Assembly (NCBI GenBank): GCA_964495625.1
Contig: CAZBWT010000002.1
Span: 1 to 46,471 of the forward strand
DNA from: an uncultured Prevotellaceae bacterium
GTDB taxonomy: Bacteria > Bacteroidota > Bacteroidia > Bacteroidales > UBA3663
Direction of reading: 5' to 3'
Length of the DNA: 46,471 bases
Below the pieces are notes generated by a model. The model was given only the letters and a program-made list of their open reading frames with translations. It did no database searches and was not told where the DNA came from. Both the position numbers and the translations under genes were made by a program. Numbering within the stretch: position 1 is the stretch's first letter; every line of letters begins with the position of its first letter. Below are positions 1 through 9,335 of this stretch, in pieces.

Positions 1-877
1 CGCGATAGTCTTCGCTGTTGGGGTCGTAGGCATACTGCACGTTACATTCACCCACGATGCCGATGTGGCGGATGATCTTAATGGAGAGCTCACGGAGCTT
101 ATGATAGTCGCGGTTGCTGAGCGTCTGCGACGGAGCCACAACGATGGATTCGCCGGTGTGGATGCCAAGCGGGTCGAAGTTCTCCATGTTGCAGACGGTG
201 ATGCAGTTGTCGTAGCGGTCGCGCACCACTTCATATTCTACTTCCTTCCAGCCCTTCAAAGACTTCTCTACCAAAATCTGGGGCGAGAACGAGAGGGCTT
301 TGTTGCCTACCACCTCGAGTTCCTGCTCATTGTCGCAGAAGCCCGAACCGAGTCCGCCTAACGCATAGGCAGCGCGGATGATGACGGGGTAGCCTAAGTC
401 TTGTGCGGCGCGACGTGCCTCGTCGAGGCTGTTGCAGGCGTGGCTCTTGATGGTGTTGACGTTGATTTCGTCGAGTTTCTCAACGAAGAGTTCGCGGTCT
501 TCGGTATCCATGATGGCTTGCACCGGGGTGCCGAGCACCTGCACGTTATACTTCTCGAGGATGCCGCTGCGATAGAGTTCCACACCGCAGTTGAGCGCGG
601 TCTGACCGCCGAACGAAAGGAGGATGCCGTCGGGGCGCTCCTTCTCGATGACTTTCTCGACGAAGAAGGGAGTGACCGGCAGGAAGTAAATCTTGTCGGC
701 TACGCCTTCAGAGGTCTGCACTGTGGCGATGTTCGGATTGATGAGCACCGAGTAGATGCCCTCTTCGCGCAATGCCTTCAAGGCTTGCGAACCGGAGTAG
801 TCGAACTCACCGGCTTCACCGATCTTCAAGGCTCCCGAACCTAACAGGAGAACCTTTTTTATCTTATCATTAATCAT
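1..877 (-). CDS. carB: Carbamoyl-phosphate synthase large subunit, N-terminal portion (continues beyond window start)
   Basis: The minus-strand frame from ATG at 877 reads [32 protein letters not shown]..., a typical CPSase large-chain N-terminus. It lies 30 bp downstream of carA. It is absent from the ORF track because no stop falls inside the window. Confidence 0.9.
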   Translation of the reverse strand, partial: MINDKIKKVLLLGSGALKIGEAGEFDYSGSQALKALREEGIYSVLINPNIATVQTSEGVADKIYFLPVTPFFVEKVIEKERPDGILLSFGGQTALNCGVELYRSGILEKYNVQVLGTPVQAIMDTEDRELFVEKLDEINVNTIKSHACNSLDEARRAAQDLGYPVIIRAAYALGGLGSGFCDNEQELEVVGNKALSFSPQILVEKSLKGWKEVEYEVVRDRYDNCITVCNMENFDPLGIHTGESIVVAPSQTLSNRDYHKLRELSIKIIRHIGIVGECNVQYAYDPNSEDYR

Positions 878-907
878 AACTTTTCTTGCAATTTACGGAG
901 TGTTGTG

Positions 908-1987
908 TCAAAGCAGCGAGAAGAATTCGCCGAAGATGAAGTTGGTGTCGGTGGGACCGCTGGCAGCCTCGGGGTGGAACTGAGCGGAGAACCAAGGTTT
1001 AGATTCGTGGCAGATGCCTTCGTTGGTGCCGTCGTTCATATTAATAAAGAGCGGTTTCCAACCGGCAGGGATGGTGTTGTTATCGACTGCAAAGCCGTGG
1101 TTTTGCGACGTGATGAAACATTGGTTGGTGCCTACGCGGCGCACGGGCTGGTTGTGTCCGCGGTGACCGTATTTGAGCTTCTTGACCTGCGCACCGGCAG
1201 CAAGCGAGAGCAACTGGTTGCCCATGCAGATGCCGTAGATGGGTTTGCCGGTCTTCATGAATTCACGAATGTGCTCCACGGTGATGCCACAGAAGTTGGG
1301 GTCGCCGGGACCATTGCTGATGAAGAGTCCGTCGTAGTCGGTGCCGTCGGCATTGAAGTCGTAGTCCCACGGCACACGGGTAATCTCTACATCATACTGC
1401 AACAAGCAACGCAAGATGTTGTGCTTCACACCACAGTCCACCAAGCAGACTTTCTTCTTGCCGTTGCCATATTTGATGACCTCTTTGCAGCTGACCACAG
1501 CCACCTGGTTCACCAAGTTGGGGTCTTCAAACTCAATCTCGTCCGGCGAGTTGAAGACAATCTTGCCCTTCATTGAACCCTTCTCGCGGAGCACTTTGGT
1601 CAGTTCGCGTGTGTCGATGCCGTAAACACCAACCACCTGCTCCTCTTTGAGCCAATCGGAGAGCGAACGAACAGCGTTCCAGTGGCTGTACTCGTGAGAG
1701 TAATCACTAATCACAAGCGCACGCACATGAATCTTCTCTGACTCATAAAAAGAAGAAAGCCCGTTGGCATCAAAAGAAGCCGCCGGGACACCATAATTAC
1801 CAACAAGAGGGAATGTAACCGTCAAAATCTGACCGCTGTAAGAGGGGTCAGTCAGACTTTCGGGATAGCCCATCATGGCCGTGTTGAAAACGACCTCACC
1901 GCTGACGGGTTTTTCAAAACCGAAACTAAAACCCTGGAAGACATGACCGTCATCCAAAATCAGAGAAACCGCTTTTTCGTTTTGCAT
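908..1987 (-). CDS. carA: Carbamoyl-phosphate synthase small subunit (glutamine amidotransferase)
   Basis: 359 aa with an ATG start. The CPSase small-chain N-domain (GYPESLTDPSYSGQIL) is followed by a class-I GATase with catalytic GICMGNQ and HGFAV motifs. Confidence 0.95.
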   Translation of the reverse strand: MQNEKAVSLILDDGHVFQGFSFGFEKPVSGEVVFNTAMMGYPESLTDPSYSGQILTVTFPLVGNYGVPAASFDANGLSSFYESEKIHVRALVISDYSHEYSHWNAVRSLSDWLKEEQVVGVYGIDTRELTKVLREKGSMKGKIVFNSPDEIEFEDPNLVNQVAVVSCKEVIKYGNGKKKVCLVDCGVKHNILRCLLQYDVEITRVPWDYDFNADGTDYDGLFISNGPGDPNFCGITVEHIREFMKTGKPIYGICMGNQLLSLAAGAQVKKLKYGHRGHNQPVRRVGTNQCFITSQNHGFAVDNNTIPAGWKPLFINMNDGTNEGICHESKPWFSAQFHPEAASGPTDTNFIFGEFFSLL

Positions 1988-2015
1988 ACTTTCTTAATGA
2001 TTGATTTATTGGGTG

Positions 2016-2023
2016 CAAATATA
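2016..2023 (-). promoter_or_regulatory. Bacteroidota -7 promoter box (TATATTTG on the minus strand) upstream of carA
   Basis: Plus strand CAAATATA is TAnnTTTG on the minus strand, about 29 bp upstream of the carA ATG. Confidence 0.45.
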
Positions 2024-2183
2024 GGGCAACAATTCAGAAAAAACAAATTCTGAGTTACTTTATCAGAAAACATCTTGCCTTCGGAGACGGTTTGACCGAC
2101 CATAAAACGACAAAACTGGTCAAAGTTTCACTTTTTTATCCTATTTTTTGTCACATATTGCGCTATTTCTAACATTTTATTAG

Positions 2184-2191
2184 TATATTTG
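2184..2191 (+). promoter_or_regulatory. Candidate -7 promoter box (TATATTTG) facing the GT11 gene
   Basis: Exact TAnnTTTG on the plus strand in an AT-rich gap, about 226 bp upstream of the ATG at 2417. This implies a long leader, so confidence is low. Confidence 0.3.
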
Positions 2192-2416
2192 CGGCATCAG
2201 AAATACATTATGTGAATATTAGGCATTATCACTTAGCTCATCGCATTTATTCTATCCGACCAACTTTCCCGATTTCTTTACGACATTATTTAGGACTATC
2301 GCAAGCGAATATTGTTACGAGGTGTTTATGTGAAACGGACTCGTTCCGCAGCGACTTGTAAGACGAACGTATGCTTCAACACGTAAGGTGAACTCACTTA
2401 AAACTATCAGACCGTT

Positions 2417-3214
2417 ATGAAGATCGTTTGTATAAAAGGTGGCTTAGGCAACCAGATGTTTGAATATTGCCGCTATCGCGACATGCACGACCAAGAGTCG
2501 GCGGTCTACCTGCACTATGTGCACAGACTGATGAAGGCTCATGGCGGCATCAAACTTTTTGAGACGTTCGACCTCGCTCCCGTGCACGAACCGCTCGGCA
2601 TTCGCTTGTTAGCTCGATTGCTGCAGGCTTGCCTCAAGGCAGGGGTCTTGCGCAAATACTGCGACGACAGCTTCGACTCATCGTGGCTCATCGACGACTA
2701 TTGCCAAGACTTGCGCTTTACGCATTTCGCCGGTGTCTACTTCCGCTTCCGCGCGGAGGTGGTGGAGGCAGGTGGCAAGTATGCCCGAGCCATACAGCAG
2801 AGCACCTACCCGGTGGCACTCCACGTGCGCCGCGGCGACTATCTGTCGCCCGGCGTGGCTGAGACCTTTGGCGTATGCAGCCTCGATTATTTTCGCCGCG
2901 GCATGCGCATGGTGCAACAAAGCCACCCCGAAGCTGCCTTCTTCGTCTTCTCGGACGACATGGCTTGGGTGCGCGAGCACATCTCCGGTCAGCATGTTTT
3001 CTTCGTTGAAAATAATGGTGCCATGCCTGATGGCACCGAGATGTATTTGATGACGCTCTGCCGAGGGCACATCATCTCCAACTCAACGTTTAGTTATTGG
3101 GGAGCTTATTTAGCCTCACAAACTAATTCTATCAATATTTATCCCAAACAGTGGTTTCGTGAGACAACATGGGGAACCCCGCAGATCTTCCCGCAAGGGT
3201 GGATCGGGATATGA
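2417..3214 (+). CDS. Glycosyltransferase family 11 (alpha-1,2-fucosyltransferase-like)
   Basis: 265 aa. It carries GT11 hallmark motifs: N-terminal GGLGNQMFEY, central HVRRGDY, and C-terminal ISNSTFSYWGAYL. Confidence 0.85.
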   Translation: MKIVCIKGGLGNQMFEYCRYRDMHDQESAVYLHYVHRLMKAHGGIKLFETFDLAPVHEPLGIRLLARLLQACLKAGVLRKYCDDSFDSSWLIDDYCQDLRFTHFAGVYFRFRAEVVEAGGKYARAIQQSTYPVALHVRRGDYLSPGVAETFGVCSLDYFRRGMRMVQQSHPEAAFFVFSDDMAWVREHISGQHVFFVENNGAMPDGTEMYLMTLCRGHIISNSTFSYWGAYLASQTNSINIYPKQWFRETTWGTPQIFPQGWIGI

Positions 3215-3321
3215 CACCCCGATAGGGATGCCGTAGCTCCGCGCCGAAAGGCTCTGCGGTCGCACATAGCGGCGAGTCACCGCTTTTCTGAATGGCAGTT
3301 TTTTCGTATCTTAATGGTTTA

Positions 3322-3440
3322 GTTTAGTTTCTCAATCGCAGGTTTAGTTTCTCAATCGCAAGTTTCATGACTCAATGGCAGACGTTTTTCTTTCTTAATT
3401 GCATGTTTTAGGTGTCGGTTCCCCCCACTACCTTACCTCG
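3322..3440. repeat. Modular intergenic repeat, locus A
   Basis: GTTTAGTTTCTCAATCGCA is perfect at 3322-3340 and 3342-3360 (20-bp period), with a degenerate third copy GTTTCATGACTCAATGGCA at 3362-3380. A unit GGTTCCCCCCACTACCTTACCTCG follows at 3417-3440 and resembles the units of the 14048-14323 array. Confidence 0.8.
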
Positions 3441-3483
3441 AAATACTTTGGTGGTAACGGACTGACAAGTCTACCTAAACGGT

Positions 3484-3519
3484 GCCGGGCAGTTAAGACG
3501 AAATTCTTAACTGCCCGGC
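3484..3519. terminator. Hairpin terminator between convergent GT11 and batE
   Basis: A perfect 14-bp inverted repeat, GCCGGGCAGTTAAG (3484-3497) and CTTAACTGCCCGGC (3506-3519), is followed by AAGGTTTTT on the plus strand. Confidence 0.55.
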
Positions 3520-3589
3520 AAGGTTTTTAATGGAAAGATCCGACACTCGCGCTGTGGTGCCGGATCTTTCGGTTGATAATGGATTGAAA

Positions 3590-4444
3590 TTAAATCGTTT
3601 CGAGGTCGGAGGCAGGGATCCATCCCACATTGCCGTCGGCAAGCTCTATCTCGAGCCACTGTCCGAGCGAAGAACGCACCTTAACCTTGGTGCCCTCGTG
3701 CAGGGTGAAGAGCTGCGTGCCGCTCTCGGCGGGTGACGAACGCACGGTGACGGTGGGCGACATGATGATGGCATGGTCACGCACCATAAGGTTGTCATAT
3801 TGCTGCCCGGCATAGTTGATGGCTACGAGACACAGCACCAAGGCGATGACTCCGCCAAAGAATCCGAGGCGACGCACGCGCGAGTTGTGGAGGAAGAAGT
3901 AAAGGAACAGCCCCACGATGAAGAGGATGAAGAGGCAGATGGAGAGCCATGCCCAAGCGTCGCACGACATGCTGTTGCGCACGCTGCGGCTCCACTGTGC
4001 AAAGATGATGGGCTCGATGCTCTCAATCTTATCGACCGTGTTGGCTTGCGCCATGGCAAGGTTGTTGGCTGCATCTTCGTCAGAAGGGTCTTGCAACAAG
4101 GCGCGCTCATAGTGGAGTATGGCGCGGGCATATTGCTTGTCTTTGAAATAGGCGTTGCCTAAGTTGTAGTTGAGCGAGGCTGAGGTGCCGCACTGCTGCG
4201 CCAACTGTTCGTAGTCGGTGATGGCTTCGCCGTAACGACCCGCCTCGTAGGCTGCCGTGGCACTTGCCAAGAGCTGTTCGGGCACGAGCGCCACCGAGGT
4301 CGCTGCTTCAGCCGGTTCGCCGGGAGGTGTCGCCGTGAGGGTGTCGGTAGCAGGCTGCGTGTCGGCATCTTGGGCGCACACCGGAGCGGTGAGACTGATG
4401 GCGATGAGGAGCAGGGCGATATTCTTTAGTGTTAGCTTTTTCAT
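3590..4444 (-). CDS. batE: BatE-like TPR plus bacterial SH3 domain protein
   Basis: 284 aa. It has a signal peptide, TPR repeats (YNLGNAYFKDKQYARAILHYERAL), a TM segment and a C-terminal SH3-like region (GQWLEIELADGNVGWIP). It is the last gene of the Bat operon. Confidence 0.8.
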   Translation of the reverse strand: MKKLTLKNIALLLIAISLTAPVCAQDADTQPATDTLTATPPGEPAEAATSVALVPEQLLASATAAYEAGRYGEAITDYEQLAQQCGTSASLNYNLGNAYFKDKQYARAILHYERALLQDPSDEDAANNLAMAQANTVDKIESIEPIIFAQWSRSVRNSMSCDAWAWLSICLFILFIVGLFLYFFLHNSRVRRLGFFGGVIALVLCLVAINYAGQQYDNLMVRDHAIIMSPTVTVRSSPAESGTQLFTLHEGTKVKVRSSLGQWLEIELADGNVGWIPASDLETI

Positions 4445-4449
4445 ACGCT

Positions 4450-6318
4450 TTAGTTTTTCTTCTTTAAAGAGTCTTCGAGGTCGTTGAGGATGCTCGAGGC
4501 GCGGCTGTAGAGGTCGTCCATCGCCTTGGCATCGTCAGCCGGTGCATAGCGTGCAAACTCACACGTTGAGAGCACATCGACAAAGCGGGCTGCCTGGTCG
4601 GCTGTGGCTCCGTGGTCGCACAGCTGCTGCTCGACGTTGTCACGCGACAGTTCGGACATGGGTATGGAGAGTTTGTCGCTGACGTAGCCTAACATAGACT
4701 TGTGGACTGACTCATAGAACTTGCCGACATTCTTCTCGCGGAGCGCAGCAGCTGCTTCTTTCAAGCGGCGCACCGCCACCTTGTTGGCTTTGAGGGTGCG
4801 CTTCAGCGTGAGGTCGGAGTTGAGCTTCAGGCGGCGACGATAAACGATTGCCAGCACCAAGAAGAGTGCCGCAGGCAAGATGAAACCGAGCAGGTAGCGC
4901 CACGTGCCGTAGAGCGGCGACTCATGCTGACGAAGTTCGCCGACACTGAGCGGATGGATGTAGCGCACATCGCTGCCCAACATCTTGACACGCTCTTGGT
5001 TGGTGCCGCTGAAGTCTGAGACACCTCCGCCCTGCGCACCGCTGCCGTCGGCACCCTTGTCGACGGTGAGGGTGAAGGCTTGTGTGGTGAGGGTCTTATA
5101 CTGACCGCTCTTCGGGTCGAAGTAGCTCATCTCGACTGCCGGTATCTCGAAGGTGCCGGCATAGCGCGGTATGATGGTATATTCGATGACCTTCTTGCCG
5201 CTGACACCGGCAGTGGTGGCCTTAACGTTGAGGTCCACCTTGGGGTCGTAGACCTCGAAGTCGGCGGGGAACTGCGGCTCAGGGTCGCGCATGTATTTGA
5301 GGTTGCCGTTGCCTTCTATCTCAAGGCGATAGGTCAAGGCTTCGTTGGCGCGTATCTGCTCTTTGCTGAGCGAGGCTTTCATGCTGAACGTGCCTACACC
5401 GCCCAAGAATGAGGCGGGCTTGCCTTCTGGCAACGGCTTGACGGTGATGTGCTTGACGGCACTCACGGTGGGCACTTCGACGTTTTGGGCATAGTCCATC
5501 GGAAAGTCGAAGAAGCCGCCCGAGCGACGACTGACCACCACCTGCGCCACAGCAGTAACCGAAGCGGAAGGAATCTCCACCGTGCCGGCATGCTGCGGGT
5601 AGAGCAGGCTCTGCTTCAGCAGGTAGCTGCTGAAGTTGGCACCTTTGTAGCGTTCGAGTTGCGCCTGCTGATTTTCGGGCACTTCAACGTCTTGCACGGT
5701 GAAGCCCTCGAAGTCGGGCAATTTAGCATCGCTGATGTTGGTGACACGCTGGTTCTTGAAGTAAAGTTTCACCGATGCCAACACAGCTTCGCCCTCATAT
5801 ACAGTGGTCTTTGAGAGGGCTATGTCGAGCTGCACATCGTCTTTGCTGATGCCGCTCTGACGACTTTGTTGCGAGGTATTGCCGCCCGACGACTGTCCGC
5901 CCTGCGATGAAGCCTTCTGACTCTCGTCGGCGGGAAGCACCTTGAGCGAGACGGGCTTGCAGGTGTAGGTCTTGTCGCCCACCTTCACTGAGGCTCCGGG
6001 CAGCGTCAATGTGCCCGAGGTGGTGGCGGTGAGGTAATAGGAGTAGCTGGTCTGTATCGACGATGAGCGCTGACCGTTGATGATGGACATCGACTGCGAG
6101 GTGGAGACCGAAGGACCCGCCAAGATGCGCAGCCCCGAGACGCTCTCGAGGTCGCAACGGAAGTCGGAGCCTTGCGCATTGAGCACATACTCTACCCTGA
6201 ACTTATCGCCCACCGCCACAGCGGACGGGGCACTGAGCTGCAAGGTGGTCTCAGCCGCAAAAGCGGTGAGCGTGCTTGCCATCATCACAACGGCTGTTGT
6301 GGTTATCTGTTTTGCCAT
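4450..6318 (-). CDS. batD: BatD-like oxygen-tolerance protein
   Basis: 622 aa. It has a signal peptide, a long beta-rich ectodomain, a TM segment near aa 470-490 and a C-terminal helical tail. Position and size match BatD of the Bacteroides aerotolerance operon. Confidence 0.8.
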   Translation of the reverse strand: MAKQITTTAVVMMASTLTAFAAETTLQLSAPSAVAVGDKFRVEYVLNAQGSDFRCDLESVSGLRILAGPSVSTSQSMSIINGQRSSSIQTSYSYYLTATTSGTLTLPGASVKVGDKTYTCKPVSLKVLPADESQKASSQGGQSSGGNTSQQSRQSGISKDDVQLDIALSKTTVYEGEAVLASVKLYFKNQRVTNISDAKLPDFEGFTVQDVEVPENQQAQLERYKGANFSSYLLKQSLLYPQHAGTVEIPSASVTAVAQVVVSRRSGGFFDFPMDYAQNVEVPTVSAVKHITVKPLPEGKPASFLGGVGTFSMKASLSKEQIRANEALTYRLEIEGNGNLKYMRDPEPQFPADFEVYDPKVDLNVKATTAGVSGKKVIEYTIIPRYAGTFEIPAVEMSYFDPKSGQYKTLTTQAFTLTVDKGADGSGAQGGGVSDFSGTNQERVKMLGSDVRYIHPLSVGELRQHESPLYGTWRYLLGFILPAALFLVLAIVYRRRLKLNSDLTLKRTLKANKVAVRRLKEAAAALREKNVGKFYESVHKSMLGYVSDKLSIPMSELSRDNVEQQLCDHGATADQAARFVDVLSTCEFARYAPADDAKAMDDLYSRASSILNDLEDSLKKKN

Positions 6319-6342
6319 ATTCTGTTTCTCTCTCTGTAACGT

Positions 6343-7119
6343 TTACCAATCTTTATCGGTCTTCTTGCGCGATACCTGCTCCATGAGCTTCGCTTTGACC
6401 TTATCTTGCACGTTCTTTTCTTCTTGATTGGCTGCATTCAAGATGGCTTCAGCCTGCTCTTGCGACATGTTGGGTCGCCCTTGCTGCTGTTGTTGCTGAT
6501 CTTGCTGCTGGTTTTGTTGTTGATCTTGGTTCTGATTTTGCTGATCTTGGTTCTGTTGGTCTTGTTGTTTATCTTGATTTTGTTGTTGATTATCCTTGTT
6601 CTGGTCTTGTTGTTGCTGCTGGTCTTGCTGATCTTTATCCTTGTCTTGATCTTGGTTCTGATCTTGGTTCTGCTGCTGTTGCAACAGCTTTGAGGCAAGC
6701 ACCATGTTATAGCGGGCTTCGTCGTCGGCGGGGTTGAGTCGCAACGACTGCTTGTAGAGCTGCAATGCTTTGTCATATTGCTGCGCAGCCATGCACACGT
6801 TGCCGGCATTGTAGTAAGACCGGGCAGCCATATCCTTATTATCCGCCTTGGCGGCTGAGGCTGCGGCAGTGGTGTATTGCTTCAGTGCATCCTCCATCTT
6901 CTGCTGACGATAGAGTGAGTTGCCCAAATTAAACTGTGCCACCGAGTCGTTGGCATTAGCCTCAAGAGCCTTGCGATAAGAGATCTCGGAGTTGAGGTAA
7001 TCTTCTTTGCCGTAAAGGCTGTTGCCCTCGCGGATGTACTTGCGTACCATCTTCTGAGCCGAAGCGGTTCCTGCCGACAAGGCAGCAAGCAGCATTAACG
7101 TTCCTATCTTTTTATTCAT
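6343..7119 (-). CDS. batC: BatC-like TPR protein with a long Q/N/D low-complexity tract
   Basis: 258 aa. It has a signal peptide, TPR repeats (FNLGNSLYRQQKMEDAL, YYNAGNVCMAAQQYDKAL), then about 67 aa of Q/N/D-rich sequence. Confidence 0.8.
   Translation of the reverse strand: MNKKIGTLMLLAALSAGTASAQKMVRKYIREGNSLYGKEDYLNSEISYRKALEANANDSVAQFNLGNSLYRQQKMEDALKQYTTAAASAAKADNKDMAARSYYNAGNVCMAAQQYDKALQLYKQSLRLNPADDEARYNMVLASKLLQQQQNQDQNQDQDKDKDQQDQQQQQDQNKDNQQQNQDKQQDQQNQDQQNQNQDQQQNQQQDQQQQQQGRPNMSQEQAEAILNAANQEEKNVQDKVKAKLMEQVSRKKTDKDW
6481..6681 (-). repeat. Low-complexity coding repeat (Q/N/D tract of BatC, aa 147-213)
   Basis: The DNA consists of imperfect CTTG/GTTG/GATCTTGGTTCTG-type reiterations. 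The antisense frame yields the spurious poly-Leu ORF 6406..6693. Confidence 0.85.
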
Positions 7120-7189
7120 AAGTCAATCACACAATGTGTTCGCTCATATTTTAGTTTGTTCTTTTAGCACGGTGCCGTGGCGGGGAAGC

Positions 7190-8224
7190 TTAATCGAAGA
7201 GCTTAATCTTTCGATAGAGCGCATTGGCACGGTCAGAGAGCAGAGCATCGACGAGCAGGCAAAGGAATGCCACCCATACGAACCACTCGAATTTATCGTC
7301 ATAGTCAGCATATACACGGCTCTCGAGCTCGGTCTTCTTCATGCCGTTGAGGGCATCGACGACGGCTGTGAGCGCAGCGTTGGAGTTGTCAGCGCGGGCA
7401 TAGATGCCTTGTCCGGCGGCAGCAATCTCGCGCGCCATATCTTCGTCGAGACGGGTGGTGACGGTGTTGCCTTCACGGTCTTTGCGGAAGCTGCCCGAAC
7501 GACCTGAACCGTCGGGCACCGGCGCACCGCCGGTAGAGCCTATGCCCACCACATGCACCTTGATGCCTTGTTCTTGCGCAGCTTTTGCAGCACCTGCAGC
7601 ATCGTCTTCGTGGTTCTCACCATCAGTGATGACGATGATTGCCTTCTCCGACTCTTCGTTGGGTGTGAATGAGCGCACCGCAAGGTTGATGGCAGAACCG
7701 ATAGCCGTGCCCTGAATGGAAACCATCTTTGGGTCGATGCTATTTAAGAACATCTTGGCAGAGACGAAGTCGTTGGTGATGGGGAGCTGGGTGAACGCAT
7801 CGCCGGCGAAGACGATAAGCCCCACTTTGTCGTTCTCCATCTGGTCAAGCATACGCGACAACATACGCTTGGCTTTGCCCAAACGGTTGGGGGCGATATC
7901 CTCGGCGAGCATAGAGTTTGAGATGTCCAGACATACCATCACTTCTACACCCTCTTTGCGCACCGTCTCGAGCTTGGAGCCGAACTGCGGACGCGCTAAG
8001 GCGATAATTAATGCCACGGCAGCCACCATCTGTAAGATAAACTTAAAGAGCTGCTTACCCGTCGAGGCTTCAGACATCAGGGGGCGCAACAATGCGATAT
8101 TGCCGAAACGCAATAGGTTGCGACGCGACAAGTGTCGCCCCACGCCATAGAGCAGTATGAAAAAGATGACAATCAACAGCAACCATAAAAGGTGCGGATT
8201 GGCGAAGCGGAAATTTTCCATCAT
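7190..8224 (-). CDS. batB: BatB-like VWA domain membrane protein
   Basis: 344 aa. It has N-terminal TM segments, a VWA MIDAS motif (DISNSM) and a C-terminal TM. Confidence 0.85.
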   Translation of the reverse strand: MMENFRFANPHLLWLLLIVIFFILLYGVGRHLSRRNLLRFGNIALLRPLMSEASTGKQLFKFILQMVAAVALIIALARPQFGSKLETVRKEGVEVMVCLDISNSMLAEDIAPNRLGKAKRMLSRMLDQMENDKVGLIVFAGDAFTQLPITNDFVSAKMFLNSIDPKMVSIQGTAIGSAINLAVRSFTPNEESEKAIIVITDGENHEDDAAGAAKAAQEQGIKVHVVGIGSTGGAPVPDGSGRSGSFRKDREGNTVTTRLDEDMAREIAAAGQGIYARADNSNAALTAVVDALNGMKKTELESRVYADYDDKFEWFVWVAFLCLLVDALLSDRANALYRKIKLFD

Positions 8225-8303
8225 AGATTGTTTAATGGCAGGCAGATAGCTCTGTCGCTGCCCTTGGTTTTATTGTAACGGTATGGATAGCCGTTGATGC
8301 GGC

Positions 8304-9299
8304 TCACGGGATGTGACGCAACAGCGTGCAACGCAGACCCACATGCAACAAGAGGAGCAAGAGTGCAGCCACGGCATAAGGAAGGTATTCCTCTTCCTTG
8401 CGACTAAATTCGCGCACGCTCATCTTGGTCTTCTCCATGCGGTCTATGTCGTCGAAGATGGAGATGAGTGAACTCTTATCTGTGGCACGGAAGTAACGAC
8501 CACCGGTGGCTTGCGCCATGTCGCGGAGTGCATCTTCGTCGATATCTGCTTTCACCATCTGGCGCACAGGACGACCGAACGGGTCTGTGCCGACAACCAT
8601 CTCGACCTCGCCACGCGAACCCACACCAATGGTGTAGAGGCGCACACCCATGGTGCGAGCCACCTCGGCAGCGTCGCGCGGGGCAACGTCGCCGGCATTG
8701 TTGGTGCCATCGGTAAGCAAGATGATGGTCTTAGATTTGGCTTGTCCGTCTTTGATGCGGTTGATGGCAGTGACTAAACCGTCGCCAACAGCCGTAGACG
8801 AACCGTCAATCAATTCTGTAGAAACAGACTGTATCATGTTTGCCAAGACTGCGTGGTCGGAGGTCATCGGGCAGAGCGTGTAGCTCTCCTTGCCGAAGAT
8901 CACCATGCCGATGTTGTCGTTGGGGCGACCTGCCACAAACTTTGCAGCCACATCCTTGGCTGCCTCCACACGGTTCGGTTTGAAGTCGGGGGTCAGCATG
9001 GAGTAAGATACGTCGAGCGACAACACGATGTCGATGCCCTCAGTGCTGCTTTGGCTCCAGTTATCGCTGCTCTGCGGACGCGCCATCACCACAATCAGCA
9101 GGGCTAATGCCCCCATCAAAAAGGCATAGTTGACGTGTCGCAGGTATTCTTTATATGTGCGTGGCAAGGTTGCAAACGGTGCCACTGTGGGCATCTGCAA
9201 TGTAGCTTCCGCTTTGCGACGCTGCCTACTGATGTAGTAAGCCACAGCTAACGGAATGCAGATTAATAACCATAAATAACCGGGATGTGCAAATGTCAT
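8304..9299 (-). CDS. batA: BatA-like VWA domain membrane protein
   Basis: 331 aa. It has N-terminal TM segments, a VWA MIDAS motif (DVSYSM ... TDGTNNAG) and a C-terminal TM. Confidence 0.85.
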   Translation of the reverse strand: MTFAHPGYLWLLICIPLAVAYYISRQRRKAEATLQMPTVAPFATLPRTYKEYLRHVNYAFLMGALALLIVVMARPQSSDNWSQSSTEGIDIVLSLDVSYSMLTPDFKPNRVEAAKDVAAKFVAGRPNDNIGMVIFGKESYTLCPMTSDHAVLANMIQSVSTELIDGSSTAVGDGLVTAINRIKDGQAKSKTIILLTDGTNNAGDVAPRDAAEVARTMGVRLYTIGVGSRGEVEMVVGTDPFGRPVRQMVKADIDEDALRDMAQATGGRYFRATDKSSLISIFDDIDRMEKTKMSVREFSRKEEEYLPYAVAALLLLLLHVGLRCTLLRHIP

Positions 9300-9335
9300 T
9301 TTCCTAAATGTTATTCTTGTGTTCCCTTTTGAAAT

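Noticed and set aside
3268-3290. Weak hairpin AGCGG-N7-CCGCT followed by TTTCTG as the GT11 terminator
   Set aside because: It has only a 5-bp stem. The much stronger 14-bp hairpin at 3484-3519 is the better candidate, so this one is not listed as a feature.
6406-6693. 95-aa poly-Leu/Ile/Val 'membrane' ORF on the plus strand
   Set aside because: It is the reverse-complement reading of the CAG/CAA-rich Q tract of BatC, an artefact of the low-complexity repeat.
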